The translations under genes and the position numbers were made by a program. This document shows positions 1 to 12,499 of a DNA stretch of 64,000 bases, in pieces. Within the stretch, counting starts at the first letter, position 1. Each line of letters begins with the position of its first letter. This DNA comes from Felis catus (lineage: Eukaryota): NCBI RefSeq assembly GCF_018350175.1, contig NC_058368.1, positions 173,726,001 to 173,790,000 on the forward strand, in the 5' to 3' direction. A model generated the notes under the pieces. It saw nothing but the letters and a program-made list of their open reading frames with translations. It made no database searches and was not told the DNA's origin.

Positions 1-280
1 TTATGTTCACTTGAAAATTTCTCTTAAAAAAGTTTTAAGAATTTCTCCACTTTAGACTTCATAAATTGAAATTTAGATTCTGTGAGATTGCCTCATATGT
101 TTACTCAACTTTATTGATTTCTTTTGACTTTTATTGAGTTTCACAATTGAGTGGAGAATTAGAAAAGTAGGGCTGTCTTAAAAAGTCTACAAAGATGTGC
201 ATGGGGGCATCAAGGTACCGGGAATCTCCAGCACATAAAAATGCTACATGGTTCAAAATATGACTTTAGTACTGATTTTT

Positions 281-447
281 GGGACGCTTGTTTGGCTCAG
301 TAGGTTAAGCGTCTGTTTTCAGCTCAGGTCATGATCTCACAGTTCATGGGACCGAGCCCCGGAGTGCGTAGGCTGCTTGGGATTCTCTCTCTCCCTCTCT
401 CTCTGCCCCGCCTCCCCGCTCTCAAAATACATAAACTTTTTTTTTAA
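281..447 (+). mobile_element. CanSINE (degenerate)
   Basis: TGGCTCAGTAGGTTAAGC A-box head, (CT)n, A-rich tail. Confidence 0.75.
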
Positions 448-1759
448 GAAGGAAAGGGAAAAAAGTCTTAAAAATAATGATTTTTAATATTAATGTAGAA
501 CAAGGAAGGGTAAGGTACAAGATTATTCTGTTGCAGAATAATCTAGACCAGTAACTCGTGTAACTGTAAGCATGGAGCTAAAGGCTGCTGGCGGCTAAAT
601 TAGGAGGGTCAAGAAGGAAGGAGGAAGCTCTGCATTGGATTTTGCACATGCATATGCTATGTAGTGTTGCCTACATTACTGACTGAGGTCTCTAGGAATC
701 AAATAAGAATAGCCTGCTGAGGTCACAATGGACACAATGTTCATAGCTCTTCTCTAGCCACAAAACCTGCAGTGGACATTTATGGCTGGTTTGTTAAACT
801 AGCAAACTTTCTAGGTCTTCACAGCACCTGAGCCTGGGGTTAGGGGAACAAGAGACATATGACGGCAGAGTAGTGTGCTTGGATTGGGTTGTGCAGGAAT
901 TTAAGTTTTTTTCTTTTTTACACTCCTTATAAACAACTATATTCTCATTATACGATTGAGGCCTACATCGAAATATTACTGAGCGAGAGAGAAATTCCCC
1001 TTCACCCTAACTGCTTCTACTCGCCACCCATTAGGGAACCACTACTCACAGTTTAGGGCGCTTCTTTTCTTTCTCTTTTCCAGTTCATAGTTGACTTTCA
1101 AGTGTCAAATCAGAAAGAGAAAAATCCCAATGTCCAAATCTGATGGTGGTTCTCTGAGTCTCCCAGGGAGAGTTTTAAAGGTGTTTATATGTTTAATGTT
1201 TAAATGTCAGAGCACCTCACATGTGATGCTGTGATGGGCCATTTATCATCTATTGGTCTCATAGACTGTAATCTCTCCTTGGCCAAAGCTGGCTTTTTCT
1301 GCCACATTTTGGTGCCCTGGTGCTTGGCCAAGTGCTGGCGGGGAGGAGGCAGAGACTGTTTATTGAGGCTGGAGGGTTGGACCAGTGGCAGGACGCCTGG
1401 ATAAATTAGGTCTGCCGTTCTTAGGCAGTTTCACACTTAAGGGACATTTAAGGGACCCAGCCTGTAAAGTAGAGGCCCAGTCAGGTCATCCAAACTCTGG
1501 CAGTCTGAGCTGAAGCCGCCTTAAATGAAGAGAGATGCATAAGATATGTACTTTAGCAACAAGGCTTAGTGGGGAATGCTCTGGACTTGCAGGAAGGATG
1601 CAAGAGGCGGTGGGACGTAGGGTCTACCTCTCCAAGCCTCCTTTTCCTCCTCTAGTAGAGCGGGACTCTCATAACAATGGGATTCATAATATCTGCCCAG
1701 TTTAGGCGAAGAATCCGCAGAATGACTCAGGAGGAAGGTCTGCGCAGCCACTACCCACC

Positions 1760-2640
1760 CGCCCCCCGCCCCGGTGCTCCCCAGGCGGGGGTTGCCTGCC
1801 TGAGATGGATAAATAGGTCTTTCTCAGACCAGTTCGTACTGAAGAACATTTAAGGGGCCAGGTCCCTAAGTAGGGGCCCAGCCAGGCGATGCAAACTCTG
1901 GCGGTCGGAGCTGTTCATACCCCGGCCGCTTTGCCCGGTCCGCTTGCCTCTAGACCGGCCGGGCGCTATGCCTCGTCTTGGTGTCTCCGCAAAGAGCAAT
2001 GCCAGCCGGGAGCGGGAGCGCTGCCGGGGCCTCCTGGCCCCTGGGGCTGCGCCACCGTCCTGCTGCCGCCCTCCTGTGGCCGCTGCGAGGCGACCTCCGG
2101 CCGCGCTGCGGGCCCCCTCCCACGGCCGGTGACATCACCGCATTCCCGTCCCGGCTCCTCCCGCCTGCAGCTGCAGTGACAGGAGAGCCGGGCCCGGTGG
2201 CGGAGAGGAAGTGCGGGGCCGCCGCGCCGCGCCGAGCCAGTCCCAGCCGAGGCCGGCTCCCGGGCGGCTCGGGTGACAGTGTCGCGGCCGCCGGGCGCAG
2301 CGCTGGGCACGCGCCGGGCAGAGCCGAGCGCCAGGCGGACGCTTCAGCAGAGACGCGGGGAAAATGGCTGATGACTTTGGCTTCTTCTCGTCGTCGGAGA
2401 GCGGGGCGCCCGAGGCGGCGGAGGAGGACCCGGCGGCTGCCTTCCTGGCCCAGCAGGAGAGTGAGATCGCGGGCATAGAGAATGACGAGGGCTTCGGGGC
2501 ACCTGCCGGCAGCCATGCGGCCCTCTCCCAGCTGGGACCTGCGAGTGGGGGTGAGTCAGTACAGGGGCCTGGGAACTGGGGGCGCCTGGGGCTCGCACCC
2601 GGATACCTGGCCGCGCAGACCCGGCCTCGGGGCCCTGCGG
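1760..2640 (+). promoter_or_regulatory. CpG island / promoter and 5' region of CLTB
   Basis: Very GC- and CpG-dense stretch with GC boxes (CCCCGCCCC ~1764) spanning the first CLTB coding exon; boundaries approximate. Confidence 0.8.
2364..2550 (+). CDS. CLTB: Clathrin light chain B, coding exon 1
   Basis: MADDFGFFSSSESGAPEAAEEDPAAAFLAQQESEIAGIEND; donor G|GTGAGT at 2551; six exons total 690 nt = 229 aa + stop. Confidence 0.97.
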
Positions 2641-5600
2641 TGGAGAGAAAGGGGCCTGCTGTGGCCAGCCAGGAGCAGGCCTAGGGCTGAGAGGGACCTG
2701 GTAGATATGGGGAGGAATCTTGTTGGATTCTGAGGCCCTGCCTGGCGTCTGTGGACCTGGTGGCTCCACGGACAGGAATTTGTCATGACATTTCATCCCA
2801 GGGCCAGCTCCACCACTGCCTGGCTCTGGAATCCAACATAACCTGGCCCTGAGAGTCCCTTCTGAACCTCCCCCCTTGGCTGGTTGTCCCAGACTCCCAG
2901 CTAAGCCCTGCAGGTGTGGGCAGAACCACAGACCTCCCAGCTCCTCAGTCCTAGCTCTTGCCTACAGCTGGCAAAAGCAGAGGACGCTCAGTGCACCAAG
3001 AACTCACAAACCTCTCCTGGGGACCACCTGCCATCCTGCAGCCACTGGGTTAGCCACTTTACTTACATTTAGTCATTTCCTATGCATTATTAAACCCATT
3101 TCAGAGATGGCAAAACTGAGGCTCAAAAGGTACACTACTGAAACAACTAGTAAGTGGCAGTGAGGATTTAAACCTGTTTCTGTCAGACTCTAAGCCCTCT
3201 CCACCTGACCACACTGTCTTCCATATGCCTCCCTCTGAGTTAGACACCAAGGTGGGGGTAGGGGCACAAAGGGCTTCAGTCAGATGTGGTGCTAGCCTCC
3301 TGGGGGTTTCTAACTGCCTATTAATGGTTTTCCATGGTGGTCCAGGGCTCCTGTGGTTAGCTTTAGAATCAGGGTCCAGGGTCTGGTCCCTTTGATAGCG
3401 TGTTTATCAATGATACTCCTGTTCTGGTTCTGGCTGGAAAGAACAGTTTCTTAAAATATTTAGCTAAAAAGTAGATACCTTCATGGGTGCCTCCAAAACA
3501 GCCTGTGCTTCTTGTTAATGTTTTCATTTTGGTTGGGGTTTATGGGCCTGTTGGAATTAGTGGTAGCTTACATAATTAAAAAAAAATGTTCCTTATCGTC
3601 ATATTTGTTTTGATTCAACCTTTACTGAGTGCCTACTGTGTGCCAGGACCACTGGGGATGTAGAAATGAATAGGACAGTTTCTGTGGCTGTAGGAGCTTG
3701 AAGCATCTCAGTACCCCATTGATAAAAGAAATGAAACAAGCCTTTTGTAACATCTAAGAAACTGGAGGCCCAGAGAGCCTGAGTGTCTTGCCCAAAGTCT
3801 CACAGCCATGAGTGACAGATCTGAGACTTGATCCTAACCCTCCCAACTTTGGGCCCCACACTCTTTCAAATGATGTGGCCGTCACCCTAGGAGGTAATGG
3901 GATGGAGGGGTGGCTTTGTGACCCAACCAGGCCAAGAGTGGAGTCTTCTCCAACAGCAGCTCCTAGCACCTCATCATGGATGCTCACACATTCCAGGGAA
4001 CTCCTAGGAAATGCCTGCCTATAGTCATGCACCAGTATTCATTAGTCCACACCTCCTCCTTGAAACCACCAGTTTTTTCAATCTGGCTTGGCCTGCGGGA
4101 GGCCCTGCTGAGAAGAGCTGTTATCAGAACCCTCTGAGAGAGAAGGGCAGGTAGAAACTAGGCTAAGGACAGCCAGAGGCATCTGGGAGTTGAGCAGATT
4201 GTGGCCTATCCCAGGACAGTGGGGCTCTAGGGGCTTACAGCCTGGATGAGAGGTTCCCTTTGTGGCAGGAGTGGGGTACAGATTGACCCCAGACTGGAGG
4301 TAGCAGGGAGAAAAGCAGAGACATGGCCCTCTGAAGGCCTTCCAGACTCATACTGGCTGAAGCTGCAAATGTTCAGCTGCCCTCCTAAGTGGGACCTGAA
4401 GATCAGGGAGGTAATATGGGATGATGGCTTAGTAGGTGGCCAGACTGCATGGAGTTGATCTGACCTTCCTAGGCTTAGATGGTGCTGAGCAAGTAATCTT
4501 TCCTAACCAGCGATAGTGCCAGAAGCCAGGATAGGATGGAGAAAAAGTGCCTTGGCCTGTTGGGAGCTGGAGGAAGCTGGCTTCCGGAGCTGCCACCAAT
4601 CAACACTTCTGTGGCTGTTCTCTTAGATGTTGCCACTGTGCTGACTGCCCTGCCGTTGGACTCCCTGTTACCCCTGGGGAAAGAGGTATCCGATATAGGC
4701 CTGCGCCTCAGCCACATTGAGCCTCTCCTCTGGGGCTGGATCTGTGGCCAGCCTGAGCAATGGACACTTTGTTTCCATTCATCAGCCTTGGGTAGGGCCC
4801 CAGAAGGTTTACATTTTCACACCCAGATTTCTGAGCCCTGGCCTGGCTCTGCCCCTGACTTGCCCAGTCAGTTCCTGGCAAGCCTGTTTCCCCTGCTGGG
4901 CCTCAGTAAGCTCCCAGGAATGTTCTGGACCCTGTCTGCCCTTGTTCCAAAAGGGGTCAGGAATCTGAGGGAAGCAACACCCACAGGGTTATCTGTGGGA
5001 CTCATATCTGCTGCGCTTCTAGTCTGCAGGCCTCTGACTATGGACGTATGATTATAAATGTGCAATAATCAGAAAGCATTGTGGGAACAGATACTCAATT
5101 CTGTGTGTGGGTGTGTGTGGATTCTCGAAGAGCCTGAAATTTCATCTCCAGAGGAGCAGTCAGGGGACTGAGAAACTGAGGCAGAGACTTTTGAAAGGCC
5201 AAGGTAGGCCCAAGGACTGTGGACCAGGGACCTGAGACTGGTCTGGTCAGAGTGGGGTGGGGCCTCCAGAAAGGCCAAGTGTACAGACTGACATAATCAT
5301 GAATGTACCCTGATAGCATTAGGCCCTGGTAGAGGAGATGTCCCAGGAGAAGCCCCTTCACAGAAGATGCTGCCACTAAAACTCCATCAGCTCCCTGCTG
5401 ACTGAGGGGATGAGGCCACCTATATAGGAGAAGCCCTAGCTGAATGGGTAGGAATGACAGCTGACATAGTTGGTCAGAAGCAATCACTGTTTGAAAATAG
5501 TCAGTTATAATGTATATCAACCAGGGATTATTTCCATAAGATTAAGTATCCCTCCTTTCAGTCCCCAGGCTGAAATCACTGTGGTTCCTGCTTACAGCTC

Positions 5601-6240
5601 TATCTGGCTGGTAAAGGGGTACTTGTCTGTCTGTGGGAAGCTGGTGTGGCCTCCTGTGGCTCTTTGGCAGGAGGCATCACAGTTTCTGAGATGCCTTAGG
5701 CAGACCTTGCAGGTAGCAGTGGGCCCAAAAGAGCAATTCACCTTCCATTTAGCCGGCACTCGCTGCTCAACTGTTCACCCATTCTGTGCAGGAACCCTTA
5801 GGAGCTGAACACGATACAGAGACTGCCTTGAGAAGGGAGTGCATGACCCTTGGAAGGTCACAAATAACTGCATAAGAGTGTGGGGGATGCTATACAATAT
5901 TCTGCGATATCCCAGAGCTGGAACCTTCCATCAGTGTCTAGGGAAGTAGGGGAAGTGATAGAGGGCTTCCCAAAGGAGGTGACCTGTGAGCTGGGCCTTG
6001 GAGAATGGCTCCAGAGAGCATTCTTTAGAGAGAGAAGCAGGAAGAAAGGCATGGGGTGTACACTGCTGTGTTTGGAGAAGGAGGAAACCAGAATAGGTTT
6101 TGTGAGAGGGACTGGTGGGAAGTGAGGCAGGGAAGTAAGTGGGCAGGGCCAGAGTTTAGAGGTTCTCACGTACTATGGTCTGAGGTTTGACGTACTCATT
6201 CAACAAATATTTATTGAGCCTCTAGTATGTGCCAGGCACG

Positions 6241-6481
6241 GTTTTATTTTATTTTATTTATTTTTATTCATTATTTTTTTTTAGTGTTTATTTATTTTTG
6301 AGACCGAGACAGAACCTGAGCGGGGGAGGGGCAGAGAGAGAGGGAGACATAGATTCTGAAGCAAGCTTCAGACTCCGAGCTGTCAGTACAGAGCCCGATG
6401 CGGGGCTTGAACTCACAAACCCGCGAGATCATGACCTGAGCCGAAGTTGGACGCTTAACCGACCGAGTCACCCAGGCGCCC
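6241..6481 (-). mobile_element. CanSINE
   Basis: T-rich tail, (GA)n, CCCAGGCGCCCC head; flanking GCCAGGCAC/GCCACGCAC. Confidence 0.88.
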
Positions 6482-7837
6482 CGCCACGCACTGTGTTAGA
6501 TGCTGGGCCCCAGCAGGAGACAAAACAAAGTCCCTGCCCTCACGAGGGTCCATTCAAGTGGGGAAGGTGCATAATAGGCACATGCACAAAAAAGCCCATC
6601 AGGCTGAGGGGTAAGTAGAGAAATACTACAGGGGCAGGAGGTAGCGGTGCCAGAGGGGTAAATGTCCAGGGTGGTCAGGGAAGGCCTCTAATAAGACAAC
6701 ATTTGGGCAGAGGCTGAAGAGAGAGTAAGGGAACAGCCTGTGTGGCTACGGGTAGGAAGCCCTTCCAGGCAGAGGGAACAGTCCCAAAGGCAGAAGCAGG
6801 CCCTACGGGCCACTGCAGTTCATGAGAGGTGGATATTTTTCTGGTTTGTTTTTATTATATTTTTAATCAGAAGAGTGACATAGGTAAGTGTATGCTTTAC
6901 AAAACATCAACCCTGGCAGATGGTTTGAAAGAGGGTTGGGAGAGTGTGACACTGGAGTCAGGGAGGCCTGTGGGTGGACAAAAGCCATCCATTCTTTTTC
7001 TGATATGTTTTATTCGTGTTTATTTAACACACGTCTCTGAACTCTTACTGTGCCCACCTCTGGAGAAGACGGTGGGGAGGAGAAAGGACACAAGTATGGC
7101 CCTCTAGGTGTTTGCCACTGACAGGGCAGATAGAGCGGACAGGGGGCAGAGGGCAGAGGGCAAATTTGAGGGTCACTGTTGCAGCAAAAGCCACAGGAAT
7201 TTGTGACTAATCAGCTGTCAGGGAAAGGGACCAGGAGGAGTCATTGTTGAGGGCAAAAGAAAATCCTTTTGGGAGGAGCGGAAGGAGGAAAAATAGGCCA
7301 GGTGCTGCCTGGTGGGGGCTGCAGTTCCTGCTCTTCCAGGTGGAGCAGTTGCTCAAGGCATCGCAGGGACAGGCAGGGACGCGCTGGGCCCCTCTTCCTT
7401 AGCTCTCACAGACACCGCCCTGAGCCTACAGCACCTCTATCTCCTCACCAGGCACAGGCTCCGCAGGCAATCAGGCCATTCCTAGCCATGGCCGAGGGTG
7501 AAGTAATCTCAGGTAGGTGAGGGGCTATTACTGGCTGGGTGGCTCTTGGCAATCATAAGCCTCTCTGGGCCTCAGTTTGAGTATCTGTAAAATGGGTTGA
7601 TAACATCATCACAAAGTTGTGGTGACAATCAAATGTGATAACGGCTGTGAGAAGGATTTGTGAACAGTCATGGATGGAGCCCAACTTATTTATGCATCCA
7701 GTATGTCTACGTGGGGAGGGGGTGTTAATACACACATGGGCATAGGCAGAGGATGGCTCAGGGAGCTAACGTAGAACCATTCTGTGCTTGCTTTAAGCTG
7801 AGCTATGAATAATGCCATTTCTTTGTTCTTTTTCTAG

Positions 7838-7884
7838 CTGGTTCTGAGGACATGGGGACCACCATCAATGGAGATGTGTTTCAG
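7838..7884 (+). CDS. CLTB: Clathrin light chain B, coding exon 2
   Basis: tttctag acceptor, (A)GSEDMGTTINGDVFQ, CAG|GTAAGC donor; phase consistent. Confidence 0.95.
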
Positions 7885-8040
7885 GTAAGCAAGATTCTGT
7901 GTTAGTCGTGGTAGGGACCAACAGCCTGGGTCTCAAAAAACTTATGGCCCCATCATCAGAAGGATTAAGGCTGCAAGTTATTCTGGTCATTATGTCTGAT
8001 GCATTGGGATGGGGAATATAGATGAGGGTTTTGACATGTT

Positions 8041-8135
8041 TTCTTCCTTCCTTCCTTCTTTCCTTCCTTCTTTCCTTCCTTCCTTCCTTCCTTCCTTCCT
8101 TCCTTCCTTCCTTCCTTCCTTCCTTCCTTCCTTCC
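8041..8135. repeat. (TTCC)n microsatellite
   Basis: Direct reading. Confidence 0.95.
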
Positions 8136-8417
8136 TCTCTTCCTCCCTTCCCCCCTTCCCATTGTGTAGGGGAAGGGAGTGAAGAATAAGAACCACTAGA
8201 GACAGGGATTGATGGTGCATGGCCTCAGGTTGCCCATGGTGATGTCCATCAGGGAGAGAGAGATAAAGTGGCCCACAGTGGCACAGATGCACACTGGGCC
8301 CTGCACACATGTGTACCATGGATGGGAGGCTGAACTGACCATCTCTAACATGTCTGAGCATTTTAAGTGGGCAGATCTTTGATCCACTGATTCTACTTCT
8401 TAGAATTTTCCCTAAGG

Positions 8418-8640
8418 AGGGGTGCCTGGGTGGCTCAGTCAGTTAAGCATCTGACTTTGGCTCAGGTCATGATCTCATGGTCCGTGGGTTCGAGCCCCAT
8501 GTCGGGCTCTGTGCTGACGGCTCAGACCCTGGAGCCTGTTTCAGATTCTGTGTCTCCCTGTCTCTCTGCCCCTCTCCCGCTCACACTCTGCCTCTCTCTC
8601 TCTCAAAAAATAAATAAACATTAAAAAAATTAAAAAAAAA
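8418..8640 (+). mobile_element. CanSINE
   Basis: GGGGTGCCTGGGTGGCTCAGTC head; TSD TTCCCTAAGGA. Confidence 0.9.
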
Positions 8641-8699
8641 TTCCCTAAGGAAAGAATTGGACAAGGACTCCCATACTCCCAGATGTTTGCACGATTATT

Positions 8700-8903
8700 T
8701 ATTTTTTTCATGTTTATTTATTTTTTGAGAGAGAAAGACAGAGAACAGAGACAGAGACAGAGCATGAGTGAGGGAGGGGCAGAGAAATAGGAAGACACAG
8801 AATTCAATACAGAGCCTGACATGGGGTTTGAACCCATGAACTGTGAGATCATGACCTGAGCCAAAGTCGGATGCTTAACTGACTGAGTTACCCAGGTGCC
8901 CCT
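8700..8903 (-). mobile_element. CanSINE (internally deleted)
   Basis: T tail, GAGATCATGACCTGAGCC, CCCAGGTGCCCC head. Confidence 0.85.
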
Positions 8904-9384
8904 GCAGGACTGTTTATAAGAGCAGACAAACTATATGGTGAGCATAGCATAACATATACATAAGTTGAATTCCTAAATTGTACACCTGAAACGAATGTAA
9001 CATTGTATGTCAACTACACTCAAATAAAAAGTTAAAAAAAAAAAACAAAAAAACAAACAAACTGGAAACAACCTAAGTGTCCAGCATCAAAGGACTGAGT
9101 AGGTAAACTGGAAAACCGTGCTGTTGTTTAAAAGAGCAATCAGAGCTTTCTGTATTGACATGAAAAGAGGCCCACAATATATTAAGTAGAAAAGCCCATT
9201 GCAGAATAATATGCACAGTATGGTCCAGGTTTTTATTGTAGAAATCTGTTTGCACAGAATATCTGAAAGGATGTGTACCAACTGTTAACAATGCTTAACA
9301 GTGGTTAGCCCCAAGGTTGGGCGTGAGATAAGAAAAAGGCTTTCACTTTCACTGGATTGTTTTAAAATTCCTCATAGTAGTCTT

Positions 9385-9387
<3 letters not shown>

Positions 9388-9415
<28 letters not shown>

Positions 9416-9431
9416 CACCACCACCACCACC
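9388..9431. repeat. (CA)n(CCA)n compound microsatellite
   Basis: Direct reading. Confidence 0.9.
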
Positions 9432-10068
9432 TTTTTCTAGTTAGACTGCCCTCTGTACTTGTCTACTGTCTCCCCTCATTTGTACACAAATCGGTTTAAG
9501 AGTCCGTAGACTGGGAGAACTTGGACCACAAATGGCATCCCCAGGACCCCCACAGTTGCAACAGTCCCTCCCCACCCATGCTTAGTTGAGGTAAAGTCTT
9601 TGCTGGATGAGGCTTAATTCTCACTGGCTGGGTCAAAGAGCCTTGACCCCTGGGGCTGCAGCTTCAGGATCTCCTGAGCCCCACCCTATTGAAGAGCTGG
9701 CCTCCCAAATCCTCAGTGGGGAATAAACAATACTTTCTTATGTAAGAGGGATGGGCTGGTACCTTACACAAGGAACCTAGCCAAGTCCCATTTCTGGAAA
9801 ATTACTCAACTATCGGCGAGCTAGAAAAGTCAGGCTCTAGGACTTTAGGAACTTTGTGTCCCTTCCGGCCTGAGAGCTCCAAGTAAGCGGCATTTATTCC
9901 TGTACAGTTTGGTAGGTCATAGAGTTCAGGCGGCCCCTGTCCTGGGCACACTTAAAAGGACTTCACTTGACCCAAAAAGTCTGTGTCCTAAAGTGGACCT
10001 GGAGCTGGAGATATACTTAGGACCACAGAAATACTTAGAACACTATGAGCAAGATAATTTTCCCTTTC

Positions 10069-10525
10069 GGGGTGCCTGGGTGGCTCAGTCGGTTAAGCGT
10101 CTGACTTTGGCTCAGGTCATGATCTTGCGGTCCATGAGTTCGAGCCCCGCGACAGGCTCTGTGCTGACAGCTCAGAGCCTGGAGCCTGCTTCAGATTCTG
10201 TGTCTCCCTCTCTCTCTGCCCCTCCCCCACTCACACTCTGTCTCTCTCCTTCAAAAATAAATAAACATTAACATTTTTTTTTTAAATAAAGAAATGCCAA
10301 TGCTTAGGGGCACCTGGGTGGGTCATTCAGTTAAGAGTCTGACTTTGGCTCAGGTCATGATCTCACAGTTTGTGCGTTCGAGCCCTGCATTGGGCTCTGT
10401 GTTGACAGCTCAGAGCCTGGAGCCTGCTTCAGATTCTGTGTCTCCCTCTCACTCTGCCCCTCCCCCACTCATGCTCTGTCTCTCAAAAGTAAATAAACAT
10501 TGAAAGAAAATTAAATTAAAAAAAA
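10069..10525 (+). mobile_element. Tandem pair of CanSINEs
   Basis: Heads at 10069 and ~10307; single outer TSD AAGATAATTTTCCCTTTC. Confidence 0.9.
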
Positions 10526-11884
10526 AAGATAATTTTCCCTTTCTATAGGTTAGGATCTTGAGGTCTTCTCCTTTCCTGGCCCCCCAGACTTACTTTCTAT
10601 TCCCCATAGGGAACCCCGGGGCTCCTTCCCTGTCTCAATGGGAACTCTTATTCTCACTGCTAATAATCCAGGTGTGTTTATGTGTAAATCATTTCACTCC
10701 ATGCCATTCTAGAACCATTACGGAGAGGGGAGGGGTCATGGATGAGATGAGTCACTCAGGAACCTAGTGGCAAAACTGTTCTCCTAGATCTCCTGCCCCT
10801 GATCTGGTGCCCTTTGTCCCAACCCCTTGTGCTGGAACTGGCTGGCTGCAGCCCCCGAATCTTAGGTAGAAAGCCCATGCAGACTTCTTTAGGATTGAGC
10901 ATAGACCAGGGTCTGGTTTGTGCTGTGGAAGGAGGATGGGGGGAAACCTTGCTTGTACATGCCCAACACTTTCAAGTGTCCTGGGCAGAGCTTTCTTACT
11001 ACATTTCTTATTCTTTCCTGGCAGCCTCTGGACCACAAGGGGGTCCAGCTATAAACCTGGTCTTCAAGGCGTAAGGATAAGTCTGCCCACACCTATTCCA
11101 GTTCCATCTAGCACCGCCAGGGACAGGATAGAAGGCCCCTGCAGGACTCCCCCCTCCTGCACTAACTCTCTCTCCCCCCACTCACTGCCATCATTCCCCT
11201 TTGAGCTACTTAGAGGAATCAACGGCTCAGCTTAGCTTAGCTTTAGATGGACAATCCCAAAGACGGATATGCTTCATCCTCCTGACTGTCTCCAGAGTCA
11301 CAGCACATCCTCGGCCAGCCTGACCCGGGGAGGCTCTCGTGGTGATGTCCAGCAGAGAGGTCTCTCAGGAGAGGGGCGCTGGCAACTGGACCAAGATAAG
11401 CCTGGCCCTGACTGTGGCTTCTTGCTTTTTGGTCCTGGCCATTCCTGCCCCCTTCTCTGTTAAGCTTGGGGGTGCTCAGAGCATTCCTACAGCCACCGGG
11501 GAGCCCACCTGAGCTGCCAGCCTGCAGCTGACCCGATTTCCTCTCTGGGACATTCAAGTGGTTAAAGAGGAGCCCTGCTGTGGCCCCCAACCTCACTGCT
11601 CACTGGCAGGGGTTGGGAAAATAAGTCCACAGAGCAGCCAGAGAAGAGGAGCCAGTAAACGACTTCCCAGGACTCAGTGTGCTGGCAGCACTGTGGTGCT
11701 CTTCCTGGACATGGTGCAACATGGGCCAGCATGCACAGGGCCTGCTAGGCCCCAGCAGTGAGCCACACAGCCCTGCTGGCCCCCACACATGCACATCCTC
11801 TCCAGGTTACAAGGGGCCCACGGCAGTTATCCCATGGGGGCCCTGCTTCACACTCCGAGTGGGATGTCGCCACTCCCATTCATT

Positions 11885-12108
11885 ATCTATTTATATTTTT
11901 AAGAAAGTTTATTTATTTTGAGAGAGTGTGTGTGTGTGCATGCGAGCAGAGGCGGGGGCAGAGAAGGAAGGAGAGAGAGAGAATCCCAAACAGGCTCCAC
12001 GCTGTCAATGCAGAGCCCAATGCGGGGCTTGGACCTGTGAACCATGAGATCATGACCTGAGGCAAGATCGAGAGTCGGATGTTTAACCGACTGAACCACC
12101 CAGGTGCC
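11885..12108 (-). mobile_element. CanSINE
   Basis: T tail, GAGATCATGACCTGAG, CCCAGGTGCCC head. Confidence 0.85.
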
Positions 12109-12262
12109 CTTCGGGGTGACATTTGTAAAGGCAAATCGACCAGCTGTTGTCCTCTTCAAAGAAGCTCGCTTGTAATGGAGGACAGAGACCCGGAGAGGAG
12201 TGATGCTAGCGCAGGATGGTAAGGCTCAGATACAGGGGTGGTATGAAGAGCTAGGAATCCAA

Positions 12263-12480
12263 GGGGCACCTGGGTGGCTCAGTCGGTTAAGCATCTGACT
12301 TTGGTTCAGATCATGATCTCAAGGTTCCTGAGTTCGGGCCTCCATCAGGCTCTGTGCTGACAGCTCGGAGCCTGGAGCTCGCTTCGGATTCTGTGTCTCC
12401 CTCTCTCTCTGCCCCTCTCCTGCTCACTCTCTGTCTCTGTCTCCCTCTCAAAAAATAATTTTTAAAAATTAAAAAAAAAA
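12263..12480 (+). mobile_element. CanSINE
   Basis: GGGGCACCTGGGTGGCTCAGTCGG head, (CT)n, A tail abutting the L1 TSD. Confidence 0.9.
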
Positions 12481-12499
12481 GCGAGGAATTTGAGTTCTT

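Noticed and set aside
1889..2796. Many overlapping 60-190 aa ORFs on both strands around CLTB exon 1
   Set aside because: Expected in a GC-rich CpG island with few stop codons; low-complexity P/A/R/G translations
4536..5051. 171-aa Leu-rich ORF in CLTB intron 1
   Set aside because: No recognisable domain or splice context; likely chance
7965..8361. ORFs with (EGRK)n repeats (also 53881-54212)
   Set aside because: Translations of (TTCC)n microsatellites
8430..10503. Recurring small ORFs resembling a gene family (AQSVK.LTLAQVMI...)
   Set aside because: Translations of CanSINE bodies
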